Notes under the pieces: generated by a model
What the model saw: the letters and a program-made list of their open reading frames with translations, nothing else
Database searches by the model: none
What the model was told of the DNA's origin: nothing
Position numbers and translations under genes: made by a program
NCBI GenBank assembly: GCA_001179505.1
Contig: CDMY01000329.1
Location: 1 to 64,000 of the forward strand
From: Vitrella brassicaformis CCMP3155
Taxonomy: Eukaryota > Protista > Chromerida
Direction: 5' to 3'
DNA: 64,000 nucleotides
In this document: positions 26,653 through 40,160 of the stretch, in pieces
Numbering within the stretch: the stretch's first letter is position 1
How the letters are laid out: each line of letters begins with the position of its first letter

Positions 26653-27955
26653 GGATGCCGTTGGTTCCTTGGTTGCTGCAGGTGTGTGACTTTGGCCTTG
26701 CCCGCAAGTATGGCGCGCCCATTCGTGTCTACACGCATCATGTGAGCAGCAACCAAACAGGCCAGACAGACAGACAGACAGACGGGAAAAGTGGGCGTGT
26801 ATCGATGAGTGAGTCTGTTTTTCTGTGTGCTACGGTCCCTCTGCAGGTGGTGACTCTGTGGTACCGTGCCCCCGAGCTGCTGTTGGGCGAGAGGCAGTAC
26901 ACGCAGGCCATCGACGTCTGGTCGGTAGGGTGCATCTTCGCTGAGATGATACTGCGGACGCCCATCTTTCCCGGCAAAAACGAAAAGGACCAAATCGACA
27001 ACATCTTCAGACTCACAGGTAGGCACCAAGCACCAACCCACCAGACGCAGCGAATCTGTCTGTGTATCGTTGTGTGCGTGTTCAGGTTCCCCGAGTGAGA
27101 GCACATGGCCGGGTTTTGGCGAGCTGCCGCACATCAAGGCAGGTCGTGTCAAGATCAAGAACATCCGGCCCACATGGAGAGAGAAGTTCCCCAGGGCATC
27201 TTACACGGTCAGTGGGGTGGGGAAGGAAGGAAACAAGAGCCACGCGGACCACCTGACCCGACCGATACGTGTGTGTGGTTGGTTGGTCAGGGCGGGTGTT
27301 CGTTGACCGATACTGGGCTTGATCTGATGATTCGTCTGCTGGACCCCAACCCTAAGGCACGAATCACGGCTGCCGAGGCGCTCGACCACCCCTACTTCAA
27401 GGCAAGCACGCCACAGCCACAACCACACGGAAATGCAGCAGGATTGCGTTTCCTGTGTGTGTGTGGATGTGTGTGTGTGTGTGTGTGTGCAGGAGGCGCC
27501 CAAGCCGCAGCAGGCTCATCTGATGCCGACTTACCCCGAGACAAACGCCAGCATTCGCGACAAGCGGAAGCGCATGAAGAGCCTCGACGACGAACAAATC
27601 AAAGGCATGCAGCCAGCCACACCAATGGACACACATACCATACAGCACACACTTCACGGCAGCCGTCACAGATCCCTTGCTTCTCTGCCTGTGTCTTTCT
27701 TTGCTGCAGAGCGTGAGGCCTACCACGAAGGCGCTGACCGCTTCGGCAGCAGGTCAGCCGTGAATGAATGAAGGGCACACAGAGCGGCAACCATCTCTGT
27801 CATCCTGCTGTGCTGCCTTTTGTGTGTTCAGGATCGATGCCCGTCAGTTTCTCTCTGACTTGGCCATGATGCCCGCCAGATCTGCAGCCAGCAAGCCGAC
27901 CACCGCTGCTGCTGCAGCAGCTGGTGGGCCGGCGGCGGCACCCAAGGACGGGTGA
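25310..27955 (+). CDS. CDK11: Cyclin-dependent kinase 11 / PITSLRE family kinase
   Basis: [78 protein letters not shown]. Confidence 0.95.
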
Positions 27956-28286
27956 CGGACAGAGCGGTGCAAGGCCAGGCAAGGGGGATCCTGTGATGAT
28001 GTGATGTGATGCATGTGTTGAAAAAGGTGTCTGTTGATTGATTGCTGGATTCATGGAGACAGACAGTGAGGGGGGCGGGGAAAGGCATTTGACCGGAAGC
28101 GCATCGGACACAGAGTCCGTTTTTCTGTCCGTGTGTGGTCTTCGGATCCCCTCGCGGATACGTACAGAGGGTTGCAGCGTGAGATCTGTGTGACATGACG
28201 GTGCAAGATTCGCGTGAGGACGGCAGCCACCCTCTGTAAGTGCTGTGCAGACAGGGGCCATTCCCTCCCATTCGCTCATTTCTTCT

Positions 28287-30864
28287 ATGGACAAAGACCG
28301 AGACTGGGGGTCGCATGCAGATGGAGGGGGCCAAGACGCCGTCCAACCGTCACTCCAGGAAGGCGGAAAAGCCATTGGCAGCAGCCTGGTGACCGAGATG
28401 CCGGCGGACTGCATCTTGGATGACCAGACTCCGCCTCCACCCAAGTGTGCTGCCTGTTTCCGTCCGCTGGAGGACGCCCTCATCCTCAGCTGCGACCACA
28501 ACCTCTGCCTCATATGCGCCGCCAACGCTCTCAAAACAAGCACCAACCTGGTATGGTATGCAACACGCTGGCAAACGGGACTCTTGCTGCACACGCAGCT
28601 GATGTGGTGACTGCACTCTTTCTGCAGACGATCCACTGCTCTATCTGTGGCGCCCCAACGGTGAGTTGTGGGCTCGCTCCTTTGCAAAGCAATGGCATCC
28701 ATCACTCCCTCCTTCCGTCGTCTTGTCAATTGCTGCAGGCCGTTGACCCCCAGTCTGCGGAGCAGTTGCTGCAGGGCCCTTCCCCTCCCTCACGCGACCC
28801 CAGCTTCGTAGTCTCGCCCCCATCGTCCACCAGCGGCGCGCCCTCGTTCGCTACCCCAGGCAAGGAGCCGGTTGTTCGCAAGGAGGGGGCGCGGCATGTC
28901 GCCCTCACCCCTTCGCCCCTCCCCCCTCTGCCGACCTTCTCGGCCAAGGGCACATGCGGACAGCGCGACAGACGGTGAGACACACTGCCAGAGACATGGA
29001 CAGCAGTCATCTCCGGGTGTCCACGTGTCTGAGTGACAAGCAGGGACACTGTCACACAGACAGACATGGTCATGTGCCACCCGGTGTCCTCCCACACGTT
29101 GACGGCTTATCGGGGTGAGGCGGTGCGGCCGCTAGGCGGGGCCAACCGTCTGAGTCACGCCATCGTCCCCCGGAAGCAGCCACAGGATGCTGATAAGGTG
29201 CGTGGAGAGACAACAATGACGACAAGGCCACGCTGGAGGGATGGATGGATGCCACGTGTCGTTAATGTGCAGTTTTCTGACATCATTCCGGCGATTTCCG
29301 CCAGCCCATTCTCGGAGAATTCGCGACGCAGCTCACTCTCGCTCAAGAGGTGACTCATTGACACACAATGGCGTGCCGTTATGGGTGGGTGGGTGGCATA
29401 CATACTTTTGCGTGCAGTCTGATGCCGTGTCGCGACCATCCTGACGAGGTGGTGCAGTACTTCTGCCTCACGTGCGAGTCGGCATGTGTCTGTGCTGAAT
29501 GCGTTATACACGGTAGGGAGGTACCCAGACAGCTGACAGACGACATACAGGGCTGTCTGTCTGTCTGTCTGTGTGTGTCTTGGTAGGCATTCACAAGGGC
29601 CACGAGGTGCAGAACATAAAGCGTGCCTATCCATTGGTGAAGGGCAAGGTGGAGGACTACCTATACAATGTCACCACACGCGTTGAGGAACTCGCCATCG
29701 TCGAGCAACGAATCGAACAACACCGGCACGCGCGACTCACCATTCCATCACATTCTTCTCCCCGCTCAGCGAGAGCTGTGTGTCTGTGTCTGTGTCTGTG
29801 TCTGTGTGTGTGTCCATTCCATCCCATTAGTCGTGATCTGACAGCGTCGGTGCACGCGGCCAAACACCAGATGGCCAAGGCCTTTGAGGTTGAAAATCGG
29901 ACACATGAGCCTAGCCCTCCGTCGGCAACGTGTCTCTCTGCTGCTGGTGATGGTCTGCTGCCGACAGGATGTGAAGCAGCGTCTGGTCAAGAAGGAGAGC
30001 GAGCTGCTCAAGAACGCTGAGCTCTTCCTTGAGGAGGCATGTGATCTGCACAGCGCCGCCCGAGCCATCATATATATGAGACACCCTCCCTCCCTCTCAC
30101 CCTGCCTGTGTTCTGTGTGGGTGTGGGCAGAGTATGGACGAGTTGGACAGCCACCTGCGTACGGCCAAGGAGAAGAGCCGGCAGCTGGATGAGTGCGCCG
30201 CCAAGATCAGAAGCCATGTGGCGGCTGCTGACGAGGTGGGGCTGCTCAACTACTACGCCGACGTCAAAAACTACATCACCACCCAACTCAGTCAGTTCAG
30301 ACAGACACTGACAGCCAACAAGCCCATCGATCAGCTCAGGTCTCTCTCTCTGTGTGACGCGCTGTGCAGACAGCTTTGACACCGCTGCTTTGGTAGAGCT
30401 GCCCGAGGCGGCCACGCGACGGGTGAGCAAGCGGGCAGACAAACAACAGTGGCAGACCCCAGTGACTGAATGTGTGTGTCTGTGTGTGTGTGCGTCCACC
30501 AGGTGGTGTCGAATGTTGAGAGCACCAGCGCCCACCTCGAAGTAAGCACAGTCAGACATCACAGAGAGAGAGAGAGAGAGCCACATGACATCTAAAGATG
30601 TCTCTTTCACTCCATCTGTCTGTCCCCCATGCCATGCAGGCGCTGCATTCCCTCAATCGCAACATCGCCAACTTGAGAGGCCTCGAGCCACATCAGCAGC
30701 ACCACCAACACCAGCAGCAGGAGCATGCCCCACACCAGACCAAGGCACACGTGTCGCACCCCAAGTTCCCATCGCCTGCCAGCAACAGCCTCCCGAAGCG
30801 CCGCACATACACCTCTGAGACCAACCTCATCCAGCAGGAGAGCCATGTACCAGACGGGCGATAG
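28287..30864 (+). CDS. RING (C3HC4), B-box and coiled-coil (TRIM/RBCC-like) protein
   Basis: CAAC..CDHNLCLIC..CSIC RING; CRDHPDEVVQYFCLTCESACVCAECVIHGIHKGH B-box; long heptad region follows. Confidence 0.85.
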
Positions 30865-31213
30865 ATCAGGCAGGGATGGATGCTGCGCGTTTGATGCGTG
30901 TGTGCGGGGCGGGGTGGGGTGGGTTGTTGATGGACGGACAGAGGCAGACGCTGGAAGGGTGCGATGCGACTGAGTGAGTGCTGGCTGCATTCATTCATTC
31001 ATACCTGGCTTGTTGGAGGCTGAAGCTGAATTGGATGGATGTGTGACAAATAGCTTCACAGGCAGAAGAAAGATGGATCACGTAGGTCACTCACCACAAT
31101 GCATTGGCACACACACGCATCACGTCCCGCCACGGGTATGTACACACCACACCCCCACAGTGGGCCGGGACACAACTGTGTCTGACCGCCCGTTGCCCCC
31201 CATCCCACCCCCC

Positions 31214-32659
31214 CTATCCACTGGCCAGCGCCACGGCATCCCGGTGGTCGGGGTAGTAGTCTAGCAGCTCTTCTTCGTCGTCGTCTTCGTAGTACTGCTC
31301 CCATATCTGCCGCTTCCTCCATCGCATGAAGAAAAAGAGGAAGCCGAACAGCCCCACCATCACCAGCACCACCAGCAAAATGGCTAGAGGCACTATCACC
31401 CACTGGTACTCATCAGCCACGTGACGCACTCTGAAAATTAGATACAACACCATGCGAGCGAGGGTTCCGTGTGCTGTGCATGGTCTGTCTATGGGTGTAT
31501 GTATGGTGTCATGTTTGCTCACGCTCTTCTGCATGATCCGTCGCCTTTGGGGCTAAGGGCGTAAGTGTAGTCGTCGTCGTCCCGGTAGCACGCCAGGCAA
31601 TCCAAAATGCTCGTGCACCGACGGCAAAACACGTTGCACTGCTCACACCTACACACACCGCACCGCCCAACACCTTCCTCTATGTGCGGGTGTAAATGTC
31701 ACCCATCGATGTGTGTGCGTGCTGACCTGTTCGTATCAGGGTCGCTGAAGTATCCCTCGTTGCATGAGTCGAAGCAGCGCCGCTTCTCCGGGTCGAAGAG
31801 CGGCCGCTTGTCCGGACATTGCGGCCGGGACAATGTCACCGTGTAGGTGGAAGTCGACTTGGCCGGACCCGCAGACTGCATCCACACATGGCTGTCGAGC
31901 GATTGATGCACAGCGGCCCTCTCTCCCTCTCTCTCTCCCTCCCTCTCCCCCCTCTCCCTCCCTCAGACAGGTAGGTACCTGTATCCGTATGAGTATTCTT
32001 CTGGTCATGCCCAGGTCGATAGGGAACTGCCCCTCCACAAACTTGTGCTGCTCCTCCCCACGCGACACGGGAGGGCTCGCCCGGTACAGCTGCAGCCGCC
32101 GCCTCGTCGTCGGCTGCTGCGGGTACGAGTCCACCTCGATGTACTGACCCACGTCAGATGGCTGGTAGAACACACTCACGGCGTCGTCGCCCAAGGGCAC
32201 CGCCACCGCATACTCCCGTGTTTGTGGGTCGAATGGCGGGGCGAGGGTGAGGGCGCTGCCCATCTTGAGGCCCTTGAGGGCCGTTTCCGTGCCGATCATC
32301 CGCTTGATGGTCAGCTTGTACGGCTGCCTGACCGACTCCTCCCCGCTCAGCGCCGCCACCACCGTGACGATCTGCTCCCCGCCCCTCGCCACCTGGATGT
32401 CTGCCGTCGGATGCTCTACCACATCGCTGCTGCTGGCCGCACGAGGCTCCACGCGACACGATGGCACGCTGTAGTCGAGAAAGGCCGTGTAGGCGAAGAT
32501 ATCTGGGTCGAAAGGCGGGATGAGGTCGATGGGTTGGTCAGAGTAGCGGACGGTGATGGACGCCAGCCGTGGAACGTCATCGCCATGAGCCAAGACGGCA
32601 ATGAGGGATAGTACAAGCCAGATGTACCACGGTGGGACCTCCTGTGCCGCTGCACGCAT
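31214..32659 (-). CDS. Type I membrane protein with signal peptide, two cadherin-like beta-sandwich repeats, a Cys-rich juxtamembrane segment, a TM helix and an acidic tail
   Basis: WYIWLVLSLIAVLAHG signal. LIPPFDPDIFAYTAFL and LAPPFDPQTREYAVAV repeats. QCPDKRPLFDPEKRRCFDSC. TM WVIVPLAILLVVLVMVGLFGFLFFFM then RWRKR. Confidence 0.75.
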
Positions 32660-32978
32660 CCGATTGGCCGTGTTGCCGTCTTGGTTCCCGAAAAATGGCC
32701 AATGGTCGACAAGTTTTTCTCCTTCTCCGGGCCCACGGATGTGCAGATGTTCAGTGCCTGCACTTGTTGACCCGAAACCCCTTCTCCTCCTTCCTTTTCC
32801 TCTTTCCTCCTCTCTCCTTGCGAGCTTTAAATTTGCGAGCTGCAAGTTGTGGTTTCGTGAGAAGACTTGGCGCTTTCTCGTACCTGTAACCATCCCGTGC
32901 TTTGAGAAACAGCCGCATTCTGCGTAGATCACGCTGCACAGTTTGGTTTCATATGGACCTGTGGGTGGCAGAGCGGCG

Positions 32979-35900
32979 ATGCTGAGTAAGATAGGCAAAG
33001 GGCTGGCCTCGCTGCTGGAGGATGACGAATCGCCAGAGGTGAACGGCATTGCACAAAACCACAAAAACTATCTTACAGTCCGCTTCGTGACGTCATTCTT
33101 TCGTGTTTTGCCTCTCCTTTACAGGGAACTCGTAGGGGTGAGGGATTTCCCTCCTCGTCAGGGCCTGCAGCAGCGGCGGGCAGCTCGGCCACCGAGATAG
33201 AAACGCTCCGCGTGGCAGCTCATGCGCGTGAGGAGCAGCTGCGCGAGGCCCAGCGGCAGAATGAGATCTTGCGTCAACAGCTCAGGAGGAGGGACCAGGA
33301 GATGCAAAACAAAGGTGGCCAGACAGCACCAGCCAGGCAGCCAGCCAGGCTACACGTCTTCGCGGGAAAGGGATGTAGTCGGTGCGTGTGTGTGTGTGTG
33401 TGTATGGTTGTGTGGTGCAGTAGAGGAGTCCCGGAAGATGTATGCGGAGCTGACGGGGCTGCAGAGGCAGCGGGACGACCTGCAGATGCGCTATGAAGAG
33501 CTCATGAAACGACAAGCCACCGCGACACCTACTGCCCTGACGGTATGCACGAAAGAAGGGGAAAGAAGCACACACGTCTAAACGTCCTCATGGTGTGTGC
33601 ATCTGTGTCCTCCCATGTCCGGTAGAGTGAGCCTTCGTCGATCACGTCAAGGAGCTCCCCCGCCCTCCTGCTGCCTGGCAAAGACGAAATGACGCAGTGC
33701 GATGGTATGTGAACAAACCAGAAAGCCAGAAGACCTCACTGAGGCAACCATCAATAAATATTGTCTGCCTGCTTGATGAAATGCGGCACTGCAGCGTCCG
33801 AGTTCGAGATGGTGCAGCTGGTGTCCCCTTCGGCCGGGCTGAGTGTGGAGAAGGAGTCACAGCTGCGGACCCTCCTGTTTCGGCTGACAACGGAGCTGGC
33901 GCAGGTGCCGCCCGACCTGTATGAGCAGCTGCAGATGGAGCACCCCAGGGATGATGATGGTATAGGCGCACAACACGCCTCGGGCGACCCACACGCCAAG
34001 CCCCCACTCATCGACCTGGCTGGGGTGCTCTCAAGACGGCTCATTCGGATGAGGTCGATTGCTCAAATCGCATTTGACCGATGGGGAGCCATTGCCGGTG
34101 AGTGAGTGAGCCAGTGGGCGGACAGGACAAACACAAGCATCCATGCCATGGGTGGCCGTGTGTTGCCTTCCGTTTCTCAGGTCATGACCCCACTCAGTCA
34201 GCGTTGCATCGCATCGCCGAGAAGACCCCATGCGCCATCGCCCTGCTGCAGTGGGGCCACGCCCCCGCCCGCGGCAAGGCCGACGAGCCGCACCTCTTCT
34301 GGGACGTCATTCGCATCTTCCTACAGCTCGTCGACTGCACCTGGCACCTGGCCGACCAGGCCTGCGCCCACCACAAGGAGCTGCAGCACCTCCGGGCACA
34401 GGTGGCACAGCACCAGCAGCAGCAACAAGGCCAAGCGTCGTCCCCGGTGATGATGAGTGGGTCGAATGTGTCGTCTCCGCCGAGTCAGCCCAGCCCGACC
34501 ACCAAGACGGGCACGGGCACCACCTCGGGAATGAGTCTACCGGCGGGGGCTGACGAGCTGGTGGAGCAAGTGGGCAGGGAAAAGGCCCTCAGGGAAGAGG
34601 CCGAGGGAAAGGTGAGATAGATGAGGGTCAAAGCGTCCCACATGTCAGCCTCTTCATTGAATGCATTGACGAGTGTGTGTGTGTGTGTATGGTTTTTCAG
34701 CTGGGTATGCTTCAGCGTCAGAGCGAGGAGCTGCGTGGGCAGCTGGAGGTGTCGCAGCGAGAGCTGCATCGGCTCCTGCAGCAGCAGTTACAACCACCCG
34801 TGGCACCACCGCTCACACAACAGCAGACACACGTAATTGACGTGCACTGACAAGGGATGGGTGGTTTATTCCATTCTCCTACCAGCATGTTTGATGGATG
34901 TTGTTTGTCCAGCTTGACGGGAGTGGTGATGTGAGCAGTGAGTTAGAAGCACTGCGGCGTGAGACCATTGCACTCAGGCAACACGTGGAGGCATACAAGT
35001 CAGTCACCAGAGGGAGGGAGGGCCACACACACACACACACACGCTCACCAACGTGAGGCATCTGTCTGTTGGTCTGTCTGTCTGTCTGTCCTCAGGGAGC
35101 GGTACGACGCGTTGATGATTCAGTACACCCGGCTGCAGACCACGTGCAGAGACCTCCAGCAAAACGAGGTCAACACAGCACCTGCACATGCCAGTGACAC
35201 GGCGATCCATCTCTGTGTATGTGTGTGTTGGCCAGAACCGTGCTCAGCAGCTGCAGCAGGAGCGGGACGACGCTGTGCGCGAGACTAGGCAGTGGCAGCA
35301 AGCCCACTCGACGGTGTCCGAGTCGCTGCAGCAGATTTCTCTCGAGGTCGCCGACCTCAGAGCACGATGCGAGGTGGGTGCATACTTGAGGAGCCACACA
35401 CAGGACGAAGAACTGTGGATGCGTCTGGCTGTGTCTACTGATGCATGCGATCGATGATCAATCAGTCTGTGGGTGTGTTGGAGAGGAATCTCGAGGAGGC
35501 CAGGTTCGCCCTCAGCCAATACGAAGACAGGGAACGAAACAGAAAAACACAAGGTACCTCGGTGACCTCTCGCTGACTGACTAGACACACAACAGGCCCC
35601 CCGCACTTGTCCATTTCATTGATCGTTGTGTGTGCACCAGAGAGCGACTCTGCTGTGTTACGTGAGGAGCGTGACGCCGCCCTGCGTGACCTGCGGGCCA
35701 CACAGAGCGCACTCGACCGCCTCAATGCCGTCCTAGAGGAAATGCAGGTAGGCGCATGTGCGCTCGCCGTGGCTGCTCGACCGACAGACCGACCACGCCA
35801 TTTTTGTTTTGTGTGTACCTGTCTGTCAGGATGAGCGTGACTCGGCCGTGAGCCGTCTCGAGAACGAGCTGACGTCCGCAAGGATGGAGACCAACGCAGC

Positions 35901-36727
35901 GAAGCGACAGCTAGAGCAGGTTGGTGCGTCCGAGTGTGCGCAGGAGAGAGCAGGTAGATGGCTGTGTGGGTGCGTGTGCGCAGGTGTCTGAGCTGCACAG
36001 TGAGGTGGTGTCGCTTCGGAAGCAGCTTGAGGCTGTCACGGAGGAAAGGAATGACCTACTGCAGAGGAAGGCATTTCTCGAAAACGAGCTGAAGAACTAC
36101 AGGTAGTATGGAAAGCCGCGCAAACCATGGGCCCTCTTGGCGTGCAACATGTGTGTGGTTTCTTTGATGTGGCTGCGGGTATTGCAGTAGCAGCGTGGAG
36201 GGTCTGTTGGCTCGTCTGCAGAAGGAGACGGAGGAGAAGCACTTCATGGTCGACCGACGGGTCGTCAACGACATGCTCACGGGATACGTCGAGTCGCACG
36301 TCATGGTATTCACGGACAGACGGTGCATCCATCCATCCATCCATCCCAACGCACACCCACAATGATACACACTCATTGTCCCTCCTTGGTGTGCCTGCCA
36401 TGTGTGTGTGTGTCAGGGCCTCCACGACCGTCAGCGTGAGCTGTTGTCACTGATGAGTGAGATGCTGCAGTTCTCCGAGGCGGACAAGGAGAAGGTGGGG
36501 CTCATCGGCGCTCGACTGCAGCAGCAGCAACCGCAGCACCCACAACAGCCAACGGTACGCACAGCTACCCACATACACACACACACACACACATACACCC
36601 AGAGAGACAACAGACAGACAATTCGTCTCTCAACTCCATGCGTGTGTCTGTGTGTGCATTTTTGCAGTCAACGCTTGTTGATCAGTTCATGGATTTCCTG
36701 GCCCAGGAGACGGAGGACAGCCGGTGA
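32979..36727 (+). CDS. Coiled-coil golgin with C-terminal GRAB domain (GMAP-210/Rud3/GC3-4 type)
   Basis: MLSKIGKGLASLL start, extensive coiled coil, VDRRVVNDMLTGY..RELLSLMSEMLQFSEADKEKVGL..DQFMDFLAQET. Confidence 0.8.
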
Positions 36728-37649
36728 CACTCTCAGCCGTCCCATCGGCTCATATGGTGCACGTCGGTGCCTGCCGATGGGACGTCATGAGAGGACAGGC
36801 AGCCTGGAGACTTGGGGGTATGTAGACTGGACGTTGGCCGTTACCGGCGGATTGATGGGTCGATGGACGGGTGGATGAGTTCTCCGTATTATGTTTAGAC
36901 AAGACCCCCACACCACTCACCTCACCCCGCCCCATCATCTCCTTGCATCTATCTCATCCCGCCCCTTACTTGCAATCAATGCATCAGCCAGCCCATTTTG
37001 TCTGTCTGTCTGTCAATGACACACTACACATGGCCTGCATGGGTGTATGTTATGTATGTGTGAACGCCTCGCCGTGCCATCCCATGCGTGTGCGTATATA
37101 TGTGGCTACCTACCCTACTACTTTCTGTCCGTCAGGTTTTGCACACACATTACATCCACCTGTCTGTCTGCCTGTCTGTCTGTCCGTCTGTGTGCCGTGG
37201 GTGTTCATGGCGTCCCCTCGGTCGATGGATGCATTTCATATGCAGCATGAAATGTGGCTGGCTTGGCTGAGGGTTGGGTTGGTGTCTGTCGCGTACATAT
37301 ATAAATGCACACACATCAAGGCGGGCGGGTCACAGCTGTCACCGCGATTAATTAGGCATTTTGGGCGCGTGAGAGCCACACACAGACGGAGACAGACAGT
37401 ACTGGTTGTGTTGTGTTGTGTTGTATGTGTGCGGAGGACCGACGGTCGATGGCGTGACTATTTGTCGGTGTCTCAAAGATGCTCACTCGATCCGCGAGAC
37501 ATTTGTGACGACAACACACCACCCAATCACATCCACACCCACGCACACATGACAAGTGACAAGTGACAAGTGCGATTTGCCTTCCCTCCCTCCCTCCCTC
37601 CCTCCCTCCATCCATCCCTCCCTCTGCGTGCATCAAGGGCCCGCATCAG

Positions 37650-39384
37650 TCAGCTGGTCACTCGTATGACCTCCATCAAGCTGATGCCCGGTATCCTCTC
37701 CCTGCGCACCACACACACGGCAGCACCAAACGTGCCCTCCCTCCCACCCAATGTGCGGGGTGTGTGTGCGTACGTTAGTGCCTCAATGGTAAGTGGCGGC
37801 GACACCGCCACCAAGGCCACCTCAAACCCGTCACGAGCGGCACACTGACCTGAATGCGCACGCGGACAAGAGACACACACCTAAACGTCTCACGGATAGG
37901 GGGGTCAGTTTCTGTACCTGACTCTTTGTCTTCGTCTCTGTAGAGCTTCTCATACACGATTTTAGTCGACGCCAGCTTGCCGAAGCTGAAGACCTGGTGC
38001 GGGAAGAACTCCTTGTTCTTCATGGTGCATATCTTGGTCTTGAAGTCAGGACAGTCGAAGGCAATGTCCACCAACAAACGACCTGCACGTACGTCTGTGT
38101 GATCTGTGTGCGCGTCTTGCGCCAGCCCACTCACTGACCTCCATTTTTGAGCGCCGCGACGATGGTCTTGCGGCCCTTCTCGAGGGCCTCTTCAACCTTA
38201 GTACCTGCAAGACCAATGGGGAAATGGATAAGTGGGAAAGCTATCAAGACGCATCTCTCTTTTGTTCTCTCTCTCTCTCTCTCTGTCTCTGTCTCTGTGT
38301 GTGTGTGTGTGTGTGTGCCTGACCGATCTACCTGTTTTGATGCCGCCCAGTGCCAGCGGCCGACAGTCGAGAACAAAGCCTTTGTACTTGAAGAAGGTCA
38401 CAACCTATGAACACAAGACACACCATGTGGATGCTATGCCATTCATTCACTGTAGGGAGCACAGCCGTGCTCGCACATTGTCGTGTGTCTCTTCGTTGCA
38501 GAGGAGCAGGGGTATCTTCTGGGCATTCTTGCACCGTTCCAACTCTGCCTGACACGCCAACCAAACACACCGGAGACACACGGATAGCAGACCACTCAAA
38601 CCTGTAGGCTTGAAAAGGATGCTTGCCCACCTCTAGCTGCCTGAGTTGGATGGTCGGCTCCTTGGTCTTGTTCACATCGTCATCCCCACCCTGCTGGGTC
38701 GTATCTGAATACACACAAGTGTGCACGACAGCCACCAAGATGCCTGCAGCATGTCCCCAATTACTCTCACTAGGTTCGTCGACATAATTTTCAGGGCGGA
38801 TGGCTGCAGCCAACAAAAAGCTGTCGCATGGAGAATGGGGAATCGATCGGGGAGCTGACCCGTGATCTCCTTTGTGATGTTGTGGATGTACAGATAACAT
38901 GTGCCCTTAATTCACGACAAAAGCGCCATGCCCAACCAAAGGAGACACACAAATAGGCCGGAATGGTCATGTGGTCGCGCTTCCATGTCGTTGTGCGAAC
39001 CTACTTACCTGTGCATTGAGGAATCGGTACCACTTGCCCGTTGTGAGGCTCTTCTCACTCACACCACCCATCGATGCCTCGTTCCTGCAGCCAGCCACGC
39101 CCAGATCCATCCCCAACAAAGCCGTCCATACATGTGCACACTTCCTACATTACTTGTCGTCTTTGACGAGAGTGGCAAACTCTTTCTCCGCTGCAGCCAT
39201 CTCCTTGGAGCCGCTGAAACTTTTGCTGTACCATGGATACCCATATCAGGGAAACAATTGATGCATCGATGAGACTGCGTGAGATCTACGTGTTGCACCT
39301 GTAGTCGTTTGCGTCCATCGAGACTGCAGCGAGGCGCTTGACGATGGCCTCAAGCTCATCTTTGCTGTATTCTTTCTCACCCAT
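37650..39384 (-). CDS. Hypothetical multi-exon protein (beta-rich, possibly OB-fold)
   Basis: MGEKEYSKDELEAIVKRL start. Spliced exons ..SLTTGKWYRFLNAQ.., VVTFFKYKGFVLDC.., RLLVDIAFDCPDFKTKICTMKNKEFFPHQVFSFGKL.., ERIPGISLMEVIRVTS*. Middle exons uncertain. Confidence 0.55.
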
Positions 39385-39678
39385 CGTTTGATCTCGAGTT
39401 CGTTCGAGTTCGCGCTTTCGAGACGGGGGGGCGGTGGGGGCCGTCTCCGCTCTCCAATCGTGATGAAATGAAGGCGGCGCCGACGTTCCGCTACAGCCTC
39501 CTCTCTGCTGATGAGTTCCCGCCAGGAGGCCACAAAGGTATAATACGCAACGGGCTGGCCCGCGAGTGCATGCTTCCGCGGCTGTCGTCTGCCCATCTGA
39601 TAGACAAAAGCGGGGCCTGCGTCTAGGGTGGCTTTTCCTTGCTGATTGACGGAGTGCTGTATGGCCCTTTCAATGTCG

Positions 39679-39774
39679 TCAAGTGAGCAGCTCACATATC
39701 GTCACCAATCGTTCACGCGTTGCTGTGATCACTATGCAATCTGGCGCATCAAGTGAGCAGCTCACATATCGTCA
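39679..39774. repeat. 26-bp direct repeat with 70-bp period and palindromic core GTGAGC-A-GCTCAC
   Basis: tcaagtgagcagctcacatatcgtca at 39679-39704 and 39749-39774. Confidence 0.85.
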
Positions 39775-40160
39775 GCAAGTGTTATTCATGTGTATCGCCT
39801 TTTATATGGCACACTACAAGTGGTTAGCAGAGAGGTTTTTGACCATGGATCATGTTAAGAAGTTGTGCTCGTTGTTGAGGGGTTGGTGTCAGTTGATCAA
39901 TTCGTATTTCGAGAGAGCACATAGCACAGGCAGCAGCAGCGGCAGTGCCACCGCGGCCACTGATGTTGGATCCATCGCAAGAGGAGGATGGTGATGCGAT
40001 ACATTTTGATGTGGCGACTTATCTGCCGATACAATCGCTCGTGTCACACTCAATCACTTATCCATTCAACATGCGTGTCTCCTTGTTGTCACGTTTGTCT
40101 TTCACTCACACACTTGCATCCACCCATCGATGCATCGCTCTCATGTCACAATTTTGTGTT

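Noticed and set aside
7958-30864. Antiviral gene cluster (TUTase-helicase plus TRIM-like gene)
   Set aside because: The two genes are separated by housekeeping CDK11, and proximity alone is not evidence of functional clustering in a eukaryote.
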